Of a stretch of 30,100 nucleotides of DNA, positions 15,579-23,898 are shown piece after piece. Source of the stretch: a virus. Its lineage: Duplodnaviria > Caudoviricetes. The notes below the pieces were generated by a model. It saw only the letters and a program-made list of their open reading frames with translations. It searched no databases and was not told the origin of the DNA. The position numbers and the translations under genes are program-made. The first letter of the stretch is position 1, and every line of letters starts with the position of its first letter. The stretch is from positions 1-30,100 of IMG/VR virus record IMGVR_UViG_3300011439_000039; one strand, given 5' to 3'.

Positions 15579-17858
15579 ATGCGGACGGTTTCTGGCGGGA
15601 ACGTCGCGCAGCCAACCAGCCTGCTGACCGATCTCACCGACGCCGTGAGGATCGAAGTAGCGAACGCAGCGGACGCGCTCGTGGATCTCACGGAGTTCGC
15701 GGTATCGCTGGACTACGATTCGAGCGTTGACGAGATAGTGGACGGGGCAACCGTCGTGTTTCGCCGGCTCGAGGGCGTCAACTCACTCGCACCGCTGATG
15801 ACCGCGAGCCCGCCGGTCGCGTTGGGCAGGCGGATCGTTGTCTCCATCAACCCCGGCTCCGGCACGTACACCGAAGTCTTCCGTGGGAAGATTGACGATG
15901 TGGACTGGCCGGAACGGTTCGGCGATGTCACGGTCCTGTGTCGCGATCAGGCGGGCGTGGCAATGGATACTTGGATCGAAATCGCGCGGCCATACGGCTC
16001 GACGACAGGAGTCTCCCTCGAGACGGTGATGCAGGCCGTGGCGGACGATAATCTCGCCGCACCGCCGACGCTCTACTTCCCTGTCGCATCGAGCGCTGTC
16101 GTGCAGCACTTGGACGGCGACCCGCCGTATGGGCCGACTGAGCAATCGACGCTGGACGCGCTCCGGGCGCTCGCGGAATCAATCGGATGGACCGTTCGCT
16201 GGCGGCACTTCGGCGCGAGCGCGAGCGATTGGCGACACACCGTGTTCGGGCCGTCACGCACGAAGACCGTCGCGGACCACACGTTCGGCACGTCTGACTA
16301 TTGGGACGTCACGACGATGCGGCAGGCGGTTGAGGACATTCGGAACGCCGTCGAAGTTCTCTACATCGAGGAGGGTGTTCAGAAGACCACGGGCGTGCTC
16401 GTGGACGCTCCATCGATCGCAAAGTACGGCCGGCGATACATGAAGATCACGGAGGGCACGGGGAGCCCGATCAATAACGTGACGACGGCGACGGCGCTCG
16501 GGAATGCCGCGCTTTCTGACTTGAAGGAGCCGGACGCGCTGCTGGAGATCACCGGCCGCTACTTCTGGCCCGGCGAGATCGGAGTGGACCTCTACACGTT
16601 CACCGCGAACAACAAGCATTTCAGCACGGACCAAAAGCTGGCGGCGATGCGGTTCATGCACCGGATCGCCGTGGGCGAACGTCCAACCACCAAGATCCTG
16701 ACGCGCGGCAAGCCGTCCGGCGGTGTGCTGATGTGGCGTCGTCGGTTGGCGCTGGGCAGCGCGTTGCCTCTGGTGCCTGAGATGCGGGTGTCGAACTTCC
16801 GCGAAGTCGCGCGCACCGAGACGGACGTGACGTTCGGCTGGGACGTGGCGGGCACGATCACGGAGCTCTGGCTCTATCTGTCGACGCCAGCGCAGCCGGT
16901 GGCGACGGATCCGTGGGCGGTGTTGGCAGGCGTTCCCACAGCTCGCCTCACTGCGGCCACCGTGGAATACACGGTCCCGATCCCCGCGGCTGGGCTGGTG
17001 ACGTATGGGCGGTTAATCCCGATCGACGCGGACGTGGCGCGCGGTCAGTCGTGGGACTTTACGGTGCAGGGTGCCGCAGTCGCGCTGATCCAGAGGGCAA
17101 CGATCGTGAGCACCACCGCCACGCAGATCGTCGTCCGGGTCGCTGTTGCGAATCCGGTGACCGGCACGGACATCACGATCGCATACAACGCGGGCGGGCT
17201 CACCGTGACGCCGGCCAGTGGCCAGACAATCGTCGCGGCGAACGTCACGTCGAGTCTTGCTACGACGGGCACGGTGGATTTCACGATCACCAGGCCAGCG
17301 TTCGAGGCGGGGGCGGGGCGTGTGACCTTCACGGCGTCGAGCACCGATCGAGTGGCGGACGTCGACGCGGTCGATGTGCCGGAGAGCCAGAACAAGATTA
17401 CGACCAAGACGCTTCGTCTTGCGTATACGATGTTTCTCCCAGCCAACATTGGGCCAGGTAGCGGATACGATTTGTCCTACGGCTCTCAGTCCGCCTTTCC
17501 GGCGACGGCGGATCTCATCACGCTCAACGCAACATTTCCGCTTCCAATCGGGACCACAGTCACCGCCGTGCGTGCGCGCCTAAAGCGAACGAATGGCGAC
17601 GGTAGCGCCGCGCTCCTGTTCTACCAACTGCCCGACCCAAACGTCGGCGGGGTGAGCCAGATCGGAAGCACCCAACTCCACAGCACGACCGGATGGGAAA
17701 CGCTGACGATTGGCTCGCTTTCAACGACGGTCGCAATCGACAAGCTCTATCAGATCGTCGTCACCTTAGACGGGGCCGGGTCAACAAACCCCAGCGACAA
17801 CCAGTTGGCGTGGGCAGAAGTGGACTACACTTCCCCATCACTGTCGGTCAGCCTGTGA
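15579..17858 (+). CDS. Tail tip / hub protein with C-terminal beta-rich (Ig/FN3-like, receptor-binding) domains
   Basis: Follows tape measure; VFRGKIDDV, LCRD, LRALAESIGW..R, DIRNAVEV, D..SIAKYGRR hub-like motifs; Thr/Val-rich C-half. Confidence 0.75.
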   Translation: MRTVSGGNVAQPTSLLTDLTDAVRIEVANAADALVDLTEFAVSLDYDSSVDEIVDGATVVFRRLEGVNSLAPLMTASPPVALGRRIVVSINPGSGTYTEVFRGKIDDVDWPERFGDVTVLCRDQAGVAMDTWIEIARPYGSTTGVSLETVMQAVADDNLAAPPTLYFPVASSAVVQHLDGDPPYGPTEQSTLDALRALAESIGWTVRWRHFGASASDWRHTVFGPSRTKTVADHTFGTSDYWDVTTMRQAVEDIRNAVEVLYIEEGVQKTTGVLVDAPSIAKYGRRYMKITEGTGSPINNVTTATALGNAALSDLKEPDALLEITGRYFWPGEIGVDLYTFTANNKHFSTDQKLAAMRFMHRIAVGERPTTKILTRGKPSGGVLMWRRRLALGSALPLVPEMRVSNFREVARTETDVTFGWDVAGTITELWLYLSTPAQPVATDPWAVLAGVPTARLTAATVEYTVPIPAAGLVTYGRLIPIDADVARGQSWDFTVQGAAVALIQRATIVSTTATQIVVRVAVANPVTGTDITIAYNAGGLTVTPASGQTIVAANVTSSLATTGTVDFTITRPAFEAGAGRVTFTASSTDRVADVDAVDVPESQNKITTKTLRLAYTMFLPANIGPGSGYDLSYGSQSAFPATADLITLNATFPLPIGTTVTAVRARLKRTNGDGSAALLFYQLPDPNVGGVSQIGSTQLHSTTGWETLTIGSLSTTVAIDKLYQIVVTLDGAGSTNPSDNQLAWAEVDYTSPSLSVSL

Positions 17859-17863
17859 GCGAC

Positions 17864-18346
17864 CTAGCGCAGTCCGAGCTCGACGGCACACCGACCGCTC
17901 GCTCCGAAGTATTCCGGCGGGTGGTCGCCCGACTTAGTGAGGTAGTGCAGCAGCTCGTGCCGGATGAGGGTATAGGGGATGTCGCTGGCCTGCGGCGGGG
18001 AGAGGGTTGTCGGTGTGCCAGCAAGGTAGATGCGTCGGTCTCCGTCCCAAAATCCAGCATATCGCTTTGCCCCGACGCTAAAAGTCGCCTGGCCGGGATA
18101 GGCGAACCACTCGATGTGATCGAAGGACCTGGTATGGCCGCTGCACTGCTGCATCAGCGCGAAGTGGCCGCGCAGCGGCGAATGCCAAAGGGTGTACCGC
18201 AGCGGCTCCGGCAGGCTGTCATACGGCTCGAATCGCACCGCGCCCCGTTCCACAACCTGCTGAGTAATCGGTGCGGTGATCTCTCCCCACTTCGTGCAAC
18301 CGCTGCTGGCGATGAGCCCCAAAAAGGCCGAGATCATTCTGCGCAT
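17864..18346 (-). CDS. Lipoprotein with HExxH zinc-metallopeptidase motif (moron, 160 aa)
   Basis: MRRMISAFLGLIASSG|C lipobox-like signal; LIRHELLHYL....DHP. Only reverse-strand gene in the morphogenesis block. Confidence 0.75.
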   Translation of the reverse strand: MRRMISAFLGLIASSGCTKWGEITAPITQQVVERGAVRFEPYDSLPEPLRYTLWHSPLRGHFALMQQCSGHTRSFDHIEWFAYPGQATFSVGAKRYAGFWDGDRRIYLAGTPTTLSPPQASDIPYTLIRHELLHYLTKSGDHPPEYFGASGRCAVELGLR

Positions 18347-18381
18347 ACCCAAAGCATGACGATCTCGCAGATCACTTGCAA
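18347..18381 (-). promoter_or_regulatory. Putative promoter for a leaderless moron transcript
   Basis: Minus strand TTGCAA-N17-CATGCT-N6-ATG; no SD; GATCT-CGC-AGATC palindrome in the spacer (18361-18373). Confidence 0.5.
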
Positions 18382-18393
18382 CCCAGCCAGCCC

Positions 18394-18648
18394 ATGACTC
18401 TCCGTGTCGGCACCGCCACCCAGATCGAGCGCAACCCGCGCGACCTCGCAGGGGCCGTTCCCGTCGAGGCGTACTGGATGGATCATCCCAGCGTTGCCGG
18501 CGCCTACGTGCTCGGGACCGGCGACAAGGATGGCGAGGCGACGGCGTTCCTGAAAGAGACAAGCCCCGGCGTATTCGTGCTCGATGACGACCCAGCCGAA
18601 GAAGACCGGAAAATGTATCTCGTCAACTCCAACGTGGTCATCGTCTAA
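18394..18648 (+). CDS. Hypothetical protein, probable tail fibre-associated
   Basis: TAATG overlap with the fibre gene. Confidence 0.6.
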   Translation: MTLRVGTATQIERNPRDLAGAVPVEAYWMDHPSVAGAYVLGTGDKDGEATAFLKETSPGVFVLDDDPAEEDRKMYLVNSNVVIV

Positions 18649-19874
18649 TGCCAGCGATTACGCCTGCCGATATTCGCCCGACCACGATCAACACGCTGAC
18701 CGTGGGCCTCGGCGCTTCGTCCATCGCGTCGAATACGGCGCTCGGAGTCTCAGCGCTCGCGGCCATTACGACCGGCACTAACAACACGGGCGTCGGCAAG
18801 AATGCTCTGGCCGTGAACACCGAAGGATACGGCAACACCGCAGTCGGTTACGGCACACTGGCGGCCTTCACGGGGAGCGGTGCCGCGCACGCGAACACGG
18901 CGGTCGGCGACACGGCGCTAAATGCGCTCACCAGCGGCTCCTCGAACACCGCCGTCGGCTACCAGTCCGGCGCGGCGCTGACCACCGGGAACAACAACGT
19001 CGCCGTCGGCACGGTGGCACTCGGCACGGCCACCGATGCGGTGAGCAACACCGCGCTCGGCTATCACACGCTGCTGCTCGGTACCGGAAGCCACAACACG
19101 GCGGTGGGCTCGCACGTCGGTGTCGCGCTCACTACCGGTCAGTTCAACGTCGGACTCGGAAGCCAAACCTTGAAAGCGGCAACGACCGGCTCACGCAACA
19201 CCGCCCTCGGCGAGCAGGCGCTCCTTGTGCTCACGATCGGATCGAACAACACCGCGGTGGGCTCGGCGGCGCTCTCGGCGGCGACGGGTGACAAGAATGT
19301 CGCGCTCGGATGGAACGCTGGCGCCGCGCTGACCACGGGCCAGTACAATGTGTTCATCGGGGGCTTCGACGGGACCGGCTTCACGACAGCCAGCCGTAAT
19401 ATTCACATCGCCGATGGCGAGGGTTCCGTCCGTGCACGCTGGGACAATTCGATCAGCACATGGGTGTTGTCGGGTACGGTCACGGTTGCCGCAGGAGCAA
19501 CGATAACGGACACCCTCCAAGTGAAGGGCACGGCCAGCTCGGCGGCGGCCAACGTGTGGCTGCGTAACGGTGCCGGCGCAACGGCGAACTACAACTGGCA
19601 GGTGGGAAAGGACGGAGCCGCCAGTAACACATGGGAAGTCACGCCCTCGACAGCGGCCGATGGAACGACATTCACCACGCCTGTTCTCTCGATGAGCCAG
19701 ACGGGGAACCAAACTATAACGGGATCGATGACGACTGGCGCTCCGACTGGCGGCGCGGGCGCGTGGAAGCTCGGCATCGCCAACGCCGTTTCACCAACCG
19801 CGCCGAATCGCACGATCACCATCAATATCGGCGGGACGCTCTACTACCTGCACGGCAAAACCACCAATGACTAA
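18648..19874 (+). CDS. Tail fibre/spike with beta-roll repeats
   Basis: 13 N-[TV]-x-[VLI]-G repeats (NTAVG type) at about 17-aa period, resembling trimeric adhesin heads; Gly/Thr-rich C-terminus. Confidence 0.8.
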   Translation: MPAITPADIRPTTINTLTVGLGASSIASNTALGVSALAAITTGTNNTGVGKNALAVNTEGYGNTAVGYGTLAAFTGSGAAHANTAVGDTALNALTSGSSNTAVGYQSGAALTTGNNNVAVGTVALGTATDAVSNTALGYHTLLLGTGSHNTAVGSHVGVALTTGQFNVGLGSQTLKAATTGSRNTALGEQALLVLTIGSNNTAVGSAALSAATGDKNVALGWNAGAALTTGQYNVFIGGFDGTGFTTASRNIHIADGEGSVRARWDNSISTWVLSGTVTVAAGATITDTLQVKGTASSAAANVWLRNGAGATANYNWQVGKDGAASNTWEVTPSTAADGTTFTTPVLSMSQTGNQTITGSMTTGAPTGGAGAWKLGIANAVSPTAPNRTITINIGGTLYYLHGKTTND

Positions 19875-20163
19875 ACCGACACCATCCAAGTCCACGCGCG
19901 ACCTGCCGCCGAAAAAGGACCCGACGCTCCGACGCGCGCCGATCAATCGCATCCAGGCCGAGCAGATCAACGTGCTGCAGCAGGAACTTGAGGCCGCAAA
20001 GAAAGTGGATGCGGGCACCATCCGCGCGCAAACGGCGCTCTGCTTCTACCTCTCCGCGATCACGCACGGCGACGGCGAGAGGCGCCCGTGCATGACGATC
20101 GGCTTAGAGAACGGGAGCGGCTCGAAGATGTTCCTGGTTTATCGCCCAAGTCAGAGCTCTTGA
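19867..20163 (+). CDS. Hypothetical protein (possible fibre chaperone)
   Basis: 8-nt overlap with fibre stop; short coiled coil. Confidence 0.55.
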   Translation: MTKPTPSKSTRDLPPKKDPTLRRAPINRIQAEQINVLQQELEAAKKVDAGTIRAQTALCFYLSAITHGDGERRPCMTIGLENGSGSKMFLVYRPSQSS

Positions 20164-20170
20164 AGGAAGC

Positions 20171-20422
20171 GTGACGATGAATCTTCTTCTGCAGGTCGCC
20201 ACGTCTCTACCCGCGCCGATGGCGTTCACGCTCGACGTGGCGCAGCTCGTGGTGCTCGGCGGATTGATCTGGCGGCTCGCTGAAATGAGTACCGCGGTCA
20301 AGAACCTGACGACCGCCACCGGAGCGCTGACCGTGGCGGTGGGGGACTTGGGGACGCGGGTTACTCGGCTGGAAGCCACCGAAGATGCGCGACGTGATCG
20401 CCGCCGCGATGACGATGGGTGA
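20171..20422 (+). CDS. Single-TM plus coiled-coil protein (holin-region)
   Basis: GAAGGA RBS; VAQLVVLGGLIW TM then ...LGTRVTRLEA heptads, common in lysis regions. Confidence 0.65.
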   Translation: MTMNLLLQVATSLPAPMAFTLDVAQLVVLGGLIWRLAEMSTAVKNLTTATGALTVAVGDLGTRVTRLEATEDARRDRRRDDDG

Positions 20423-20636
20423 CGTAACGATGTCCGTCCTGCTGATCGTGATTCAGGTCGTCCTCATCGTGATCGTCTCGGTGCTCGTCCGCACGTTCGG
20501 AGCGTACACAGAGGCGACGAAGCAGCACACCACGGCATTGCTCAAGGTCCACGATTCCAACACCCTGTTGTATCGGCAAGCCGTGAAAGTATTGGAGTAC
20601 GCGACCGACACCCTCGCTCGGGAGAAAGCATCATGA
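20415..20636 (+). CDS. Single-TM membrane protein
   Basis: VLLIVIQVVLIVIVSVLV TM; overlaps both neighbours. Start uncertain (20409/20415/20430). Confidence 0.65.
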   Translation: MGDVTMSVLLIVIQVVLIVIVSVLVRTFGAYTEATKQHTTALLKVHDSNTLLYRQAVKVLEYATDTLAREKAS

Positions 20637-20863
20637 CCAGGCCAGCCACGAAACGCGGGAAGCCCTTTCATTGGTTCCAAGGTGAGTCCGTCAGCCAGCT
20701 GTACGAGCAACTGGCGGCTGCGGGCCCAACGACCGCGCGGATCGAGGTCTACCAAGAGGGCAAGAAGATGACGCTGCGCGTGGTGCCGGAAGTTTCGACA
20801 TCGAGCCACACGAACAACCACATCAACGACAGCCACCTCTGTCCTCCTGACTGCCCCGGCTGA
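20633..20863 (+). CDS. 76-aa protein ending in NDSHLCPPDCPG (CPPxC motif)
   Basis: GGGAG RBS, ATGA overlap upstream and TGATG overlap downstream. Confidence 0.8.
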   Translation: MTRPATKRGKPFHWFQGESVSQLYEQLAAAGPTTARIEVYQEGKKMTLRVVPEVSTSSHTNNHINDSHLCPPDCPG

Positions 20864-21423
20864 TGAACCGCCTGCCGTTCGAGCTCGCGCACCAGCAAGC
20901 CCTGCTACCATTCGCGTGGTTGGTGGGGCTGCATCTGCGCGGGCATCGACGCGGAGCGGAATGGTGGTGGCTCTCCGGCGTCTTCCTCGTCTCGTGGTTC
21001 GCGGATACCGCCGCACACCTAGCGCCGTCGGCGCGCGTGGTGGTGAGCGTCGTCTACCCGTTGAGCCAGGCCGCGCTCGTGGGTCTGGTGTTCCTCTCGC
21101 GACGCGAAGCGATGCAGTTCCTGCTGGTGCTCTGCGCTGTGGCGATCATCGCGATCGGCTGGCGCGGGGTGTCGAGTCCCGACGTGCTGTTCCGCACGGT
21201 CGCGTGGGGCGGCGCCGTGGGGCTCATCCTCTATCGTTGGACCTTGGGCCGGTTGCGGGTCGCGCTGCTGGTGATGTTCGGCCTGTGCCTGTTGTGCTGG
21301 TGGGGTTACGTCGCGTGGCCGAGCTACGCGAGCTGGGGCGTGTATCAAGCCGCGCGACTCGCTGGCATCCTGCTGTTCTGCTGGGCGGCCATGAAGCCGG
21401 GGCCGTCGTTGAGGCTCGCATGA
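20863..21423 (+). CDS. Polytopic membrane protein, about 7 TM (186 aa)
   Basis: Seven hydrophobic segments by eye, Trp-rich, with embedded polar residues (ADT in TM2, YP.SQ in TM3, YQ..R in TM7). Confidence 0.8.
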   Translation: MNRLPFELAHQQALLPFAWLVGLHLRGHRRGAEWWWLSGVFLVSWFADTAAHLAPSARVVVSVVYPLSQAALVGLVFLSRREAMQFLLVLCAVAIIAIGWRGVSSPDVLFRTVAWGGAVGLILYRWTLGRLRVALLVMFGLCLLCWWGYVAWPSYASWGVYQAARLAGILLFCWAAMKPGPSLRLA

Positions 21424-21521
21424 GCGATGCGACCAGCTACATCAACGCGCTCGCGCATTTGCTGATTGTGGCGCTCCTCGTCTTCGTCATTCGTGGCCGG
21501 AACGGGAAGGGGAAACAATGA
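21420..21521 (+). CDS. 33-aa single-TM micro-protein
   Basis: GAGG RBS; MSDATSYINALAHLLIVALLVFVIRGRNGKGKQ*; ATGA overlaps at both ends. Confidence 0.65.
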   Translation: MSDATSYINALAHLLIVALLVFVIRGRNGKGKQ

Positions 21522-21898
21522 GCGATGTCGTCGCGGTGGCGATCATCTCGGCGATCGTACCAACGCTCGCCGTCCTGCTGCAGTGGTATCAGCAATTTCA
21601 GGCGGCGAAGAAAGCGCGGCAAGAACTGGAGGCCAACAAAATCGCTGCGATCGCCAGGGCCGAAGCGCTCAGGGACGACGTTGCTGACGTGCATACGTTG
21701 GTGAACAGTAAGGCCGACGTCCAAGTCAATAAGATCACGGCGCTCGAGAAGGAAATCGCGCGGCTGAATCGCGAAGGCACGCCGACGCCGACGATCGAAG
21801 CGGGCCAGGGGAACCCGGGCGAAGTAGGGATTGAGCACGGCGTGGTGACGGCGGAGCGCGTGGGACCGTTTCCACCGAAACCGGACGATCGTGAGTGA
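21518..21898 (+). CDS. Single-TM plus coiled-coil protein (holin-region)
   Basis: AAGGGG RBS; N-terminal VVAVAIISAIVPTLAVLL then heptad repeats. Confidence 0.7.
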   Translation: MSDVVAVAIISAIVPTLAVLLQWYQQFQAAKKARQELEANKIAAIARAEALRDDVADVHTLVNSKADVQVNKITALEKEIARLNREGTPTPTIEAGQGNPGEVGIEHGVVTAERVGPFPPKPDDRE

Positions 21899-22091
21899 TG
21901 CGCCCACACACCCGCCGACCCTGTACGTGTGCCGCACTAAAGAAATGGTGTGGCATTGGTGCGCGTCCTGTCCCGCGTACCCGATCAGCGTCTTGGAGAA
22001 CAACGGACTGATGGCGACGACAACAAAACCGGCCGGCGACCTCTGTCCGGAGTGCATCGCCCTCACGAAAGCAGGAGGCTGCGCGCCATGA
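21891..22091 (+). CDS. Small Cys-rich, probable zinc-binding protein (66 aa)
   Basis: WHWCxxC..YP ... GDLCxxC; overlaps both neighbours. Confidence 0.6.
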   Translation: MSDAPTHPPTLYVCRTKEMVWHWCASCPAYPISVLENNGLMATTTKPAGDLCPECIALTKAGGCAP

Positions 22092-22498
22092 ACCTGAAAG
22101 CATTTCTCTCGGACTTCCCGAACCAGAACGGCGCGACCGTCACGGGGCTGCTACTCATCCTCGTTACCGGCGCCGTGGTCGTGGTGCGGCTCGCGATGGG
22201 CCAGCCCTTCCCTGATGGCTACGATAGCTGGCTGTTGTTCCTCGGCACGCTCGCCGGTGTGAGCATGGTCGGCATGATTGGGAAGCGCGCCACGGATATT
22301 GATTTGGCGAAGGCAAAGGCGAGCGCCCCCGCGGCCGTCACGATTGAGGCTGGGGCGAACGTCACGATGGAACACCGGGCCGTCGTCAAGCCAGTGCCCG
22401 TCGAACCACCGAACGCCATCCGGCTCGAGCGCACGAGCGCCGCCACGGCCAGAGACATGATGCGGGGAGAGGCCGCACCGCCGGGAGCGGACTTCTGA
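22088..22498 (+). CDS. Putative holin (2 TM, cytoplasmic tail)
   Basis: AGGAGG RBS, two TM helices followed by KRATD, immediately upstream of the endolysin (TGATG overlap). Confidence 0.65.
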   Translation: MNLKAFLSDFPNQNGATVTGLLLILVTGAVVVVRLAMGQPFPDGYDSWLLFLGTLAGVSMVGMIGKRATDIDLAKAKASAPAAVTIEAGANVTMEHRAVVKPVPVEPPNAIRLERTSAATARDMMRGEAAPPGADF

Positions 22499-23046
22499 TG
22501 GCGGTCAAACTCGTCACCTTGAAGGCCGAGCCGTGGCCGCGCGATGCCGGTTGGCTCGTACCGGGCGGGAACTGCACCGAGCTGCAACAGCAGATCGTCT
22601 TGCGCGCGCTCCGGGACAACGGGATTCAGGAGAACCCCCGTGGCTCGAACCGCGGCATTCGCATCGACCGAATGACGCGCTGGGCTGGGCTGGAACCGCC
22701 GGTCTGGTGGTGCGCCGTGTGGGCGGGCCGGGTGTTCATTGATTGCGGCGCGCTGGTGCCTGACGGGTATCCCTCGACCGACCGCTGGTTGCCATTCGTC
22801 GAGAAAACGCCGTGCATCGGCGCTGCGGTTCTCTATGGGCTCAAGAAGCCGGGGCCGATCGTGACCTGGGGCGACAGTCACCACATCGGGATCGTCGCGA
22901 TGCTCGACCCGATCGTGTTGACGGTCGAAGGGAACCGCGGCTATGCCGGTTCAACGAACAACGGGCAGGCCGTTGACATGAATGTCCTGAACCGTTCTGA
23001 CATTTTGGGATACTTCCATCCCCGGAAGGCGGACGGGACACGGTGA
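22498..23046 (+). CDS. Endolysin, CHAP-domain cysteine peptidase/amidase
   Basis: E.PRGSNRG..I, WCAVW (Cys), HHIGIV (His), TVEGN, ILGYF motifs. Confidence 0.88.
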   Translation: MAVKLVTLKAEPWPRDAGWLVPGGNCTELQQQIVLRALRDNGIQENPRGSNRGIRIDRMTRWAGLEPPVWWCAVWAGRVFIDCGALVPDGYPSTDRWLPFVEKTPCIGAAVLYGLKKPGPIVTWGDSHHIGIVAMLDPIVLTVEGNRGYAGSTNNGQAVDMNVLNRSDILGYFHPRKADGTR

Positions 23047-23186
23047 CCGGCGCGCTGATCCTGTTGGCCGTGCTGATCGGGGTCGCTATCAAGATCCGTC
23101 CCCGGAAGCACGCCGTGTGGAGGCGGTCGACGAGGACGTTCCTGTGGCGCGACCGACGTGACCCGCCGCGGGACGACAGCGAATGA
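23043..23186 (+). CDS. 47-aa single-TM protein
   Basis: GTG start overlapping lysin stop; MTGALILLAVLIGVAIKIRPRKH...DDSE*; stop overlaps next ATG. Confidence 0.55.
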   Translation: MTGALILLAVLIGVAIKIRPRKHAVWRRSTRTFLWRDRRDPPRDDSE

Positions 23187-23773
23187 AGACGCTTGGGATG
23201 TTCCTCGGCGTTGTGGCCGTCGTCGCGCTCGGGATCTTCGGCTACCAGCAATACGGCACATGGAAGGCAGGCCAGCTCGTGAAGTGGCGGGCTGACTCCG
23301 CTCGGGTCGCCGACGACACCCGCGCCAAGACGCTCGCCGCCGTGAAGGCCGATACCGCGTTCCTCACGGGCAAGACGGTTTATGTGCGCGGGCGCGATCG
23401 CGTTCTCCATGATACCGTGCATCCCCCATCGGCCGACGTTCGCGCCTGCTACGCCGCGGCGGATTCCCTGCTCTCGCTCTGTGCGGTACGCCACGCTGCG
23501 GACAGCGCCGTCTCCGCCGCACTGCGCGCAGAGCTCGCGGTCGCGCGTGCCAAACCGAGTGAGCGACAAAAGCGGTTCACGCTCTACGGCGCCGGCCTGT
23601 ACGACCTCCTGAACGCCGCGCCAGTATTTCGTGCCGGGGTGGACCTGAGAGTGCTCGGCGGCATCTCGGGCATGGCCGAAGGCGAACTGGCGGTCCCGTC
23701 CGCCGTCCAGTGCCAGACCGGGAAGTGCGGCGTCGCGATGCGCGCGCTCGTGGGGGTCCGGTACGTCTTCTAA
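23183..23773 (+). CDS. Putative spanin-like protein (N-terminal TM, helical middle, C-terminal amphipathic beta strands ending in Phe)
   Basis: Last gene of lysis region; MKTLGMFLGVVAVVALGIFGY anchor; ends ALVGVRYVF. Confidence 0.6.
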   Translation: MKTLGMFLGVVAVVALGIFGYQQYGTWKAGQLVKWRADSARVADDTRAKTLAAVKADTAFLTGKTVYVRGRDRVLHDTVHPPSADVRACYAAADSLLSLCAVRHAADSAVSAALRAELAVARAKPSERQKRFTLYGAGLYDLLNAAPVFRAGVDLRVLGGISGMAEGELAVPSAVQCQTGKCGVAMRALVGVRYVF

Positions 23774-23898
23774 AGGTTCCTTAAGGTGGACAACCCGGTG
23801 GAAAAGGTTGTGCTTGTCAACCGGCCCCGTGCATGAAATAGTATCCAATCCCGGCGCCGGGCAAAAAACAGTAGCCCCCCTGCCCCGGTACTCCGGCT

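Noticed and set aside
17693-18397. 234-aa + strand ORF over the moron
   Set aside because: No recognisable features and overlaps the tail-tip gene; the minus-strand ORF has a lipobox, HExxH and a promoter.
15579-19874. Diversity-generating retroelement target
   Set aside because: No reverse transcriptase and no TR/VR repeat pair seen in the window.
21518-21898. Histidine kinase partner for the 7-TM protein
   Set aside because: TM plus coiled coil only; no convincing H-box and no ATPase domain in 126 aa.
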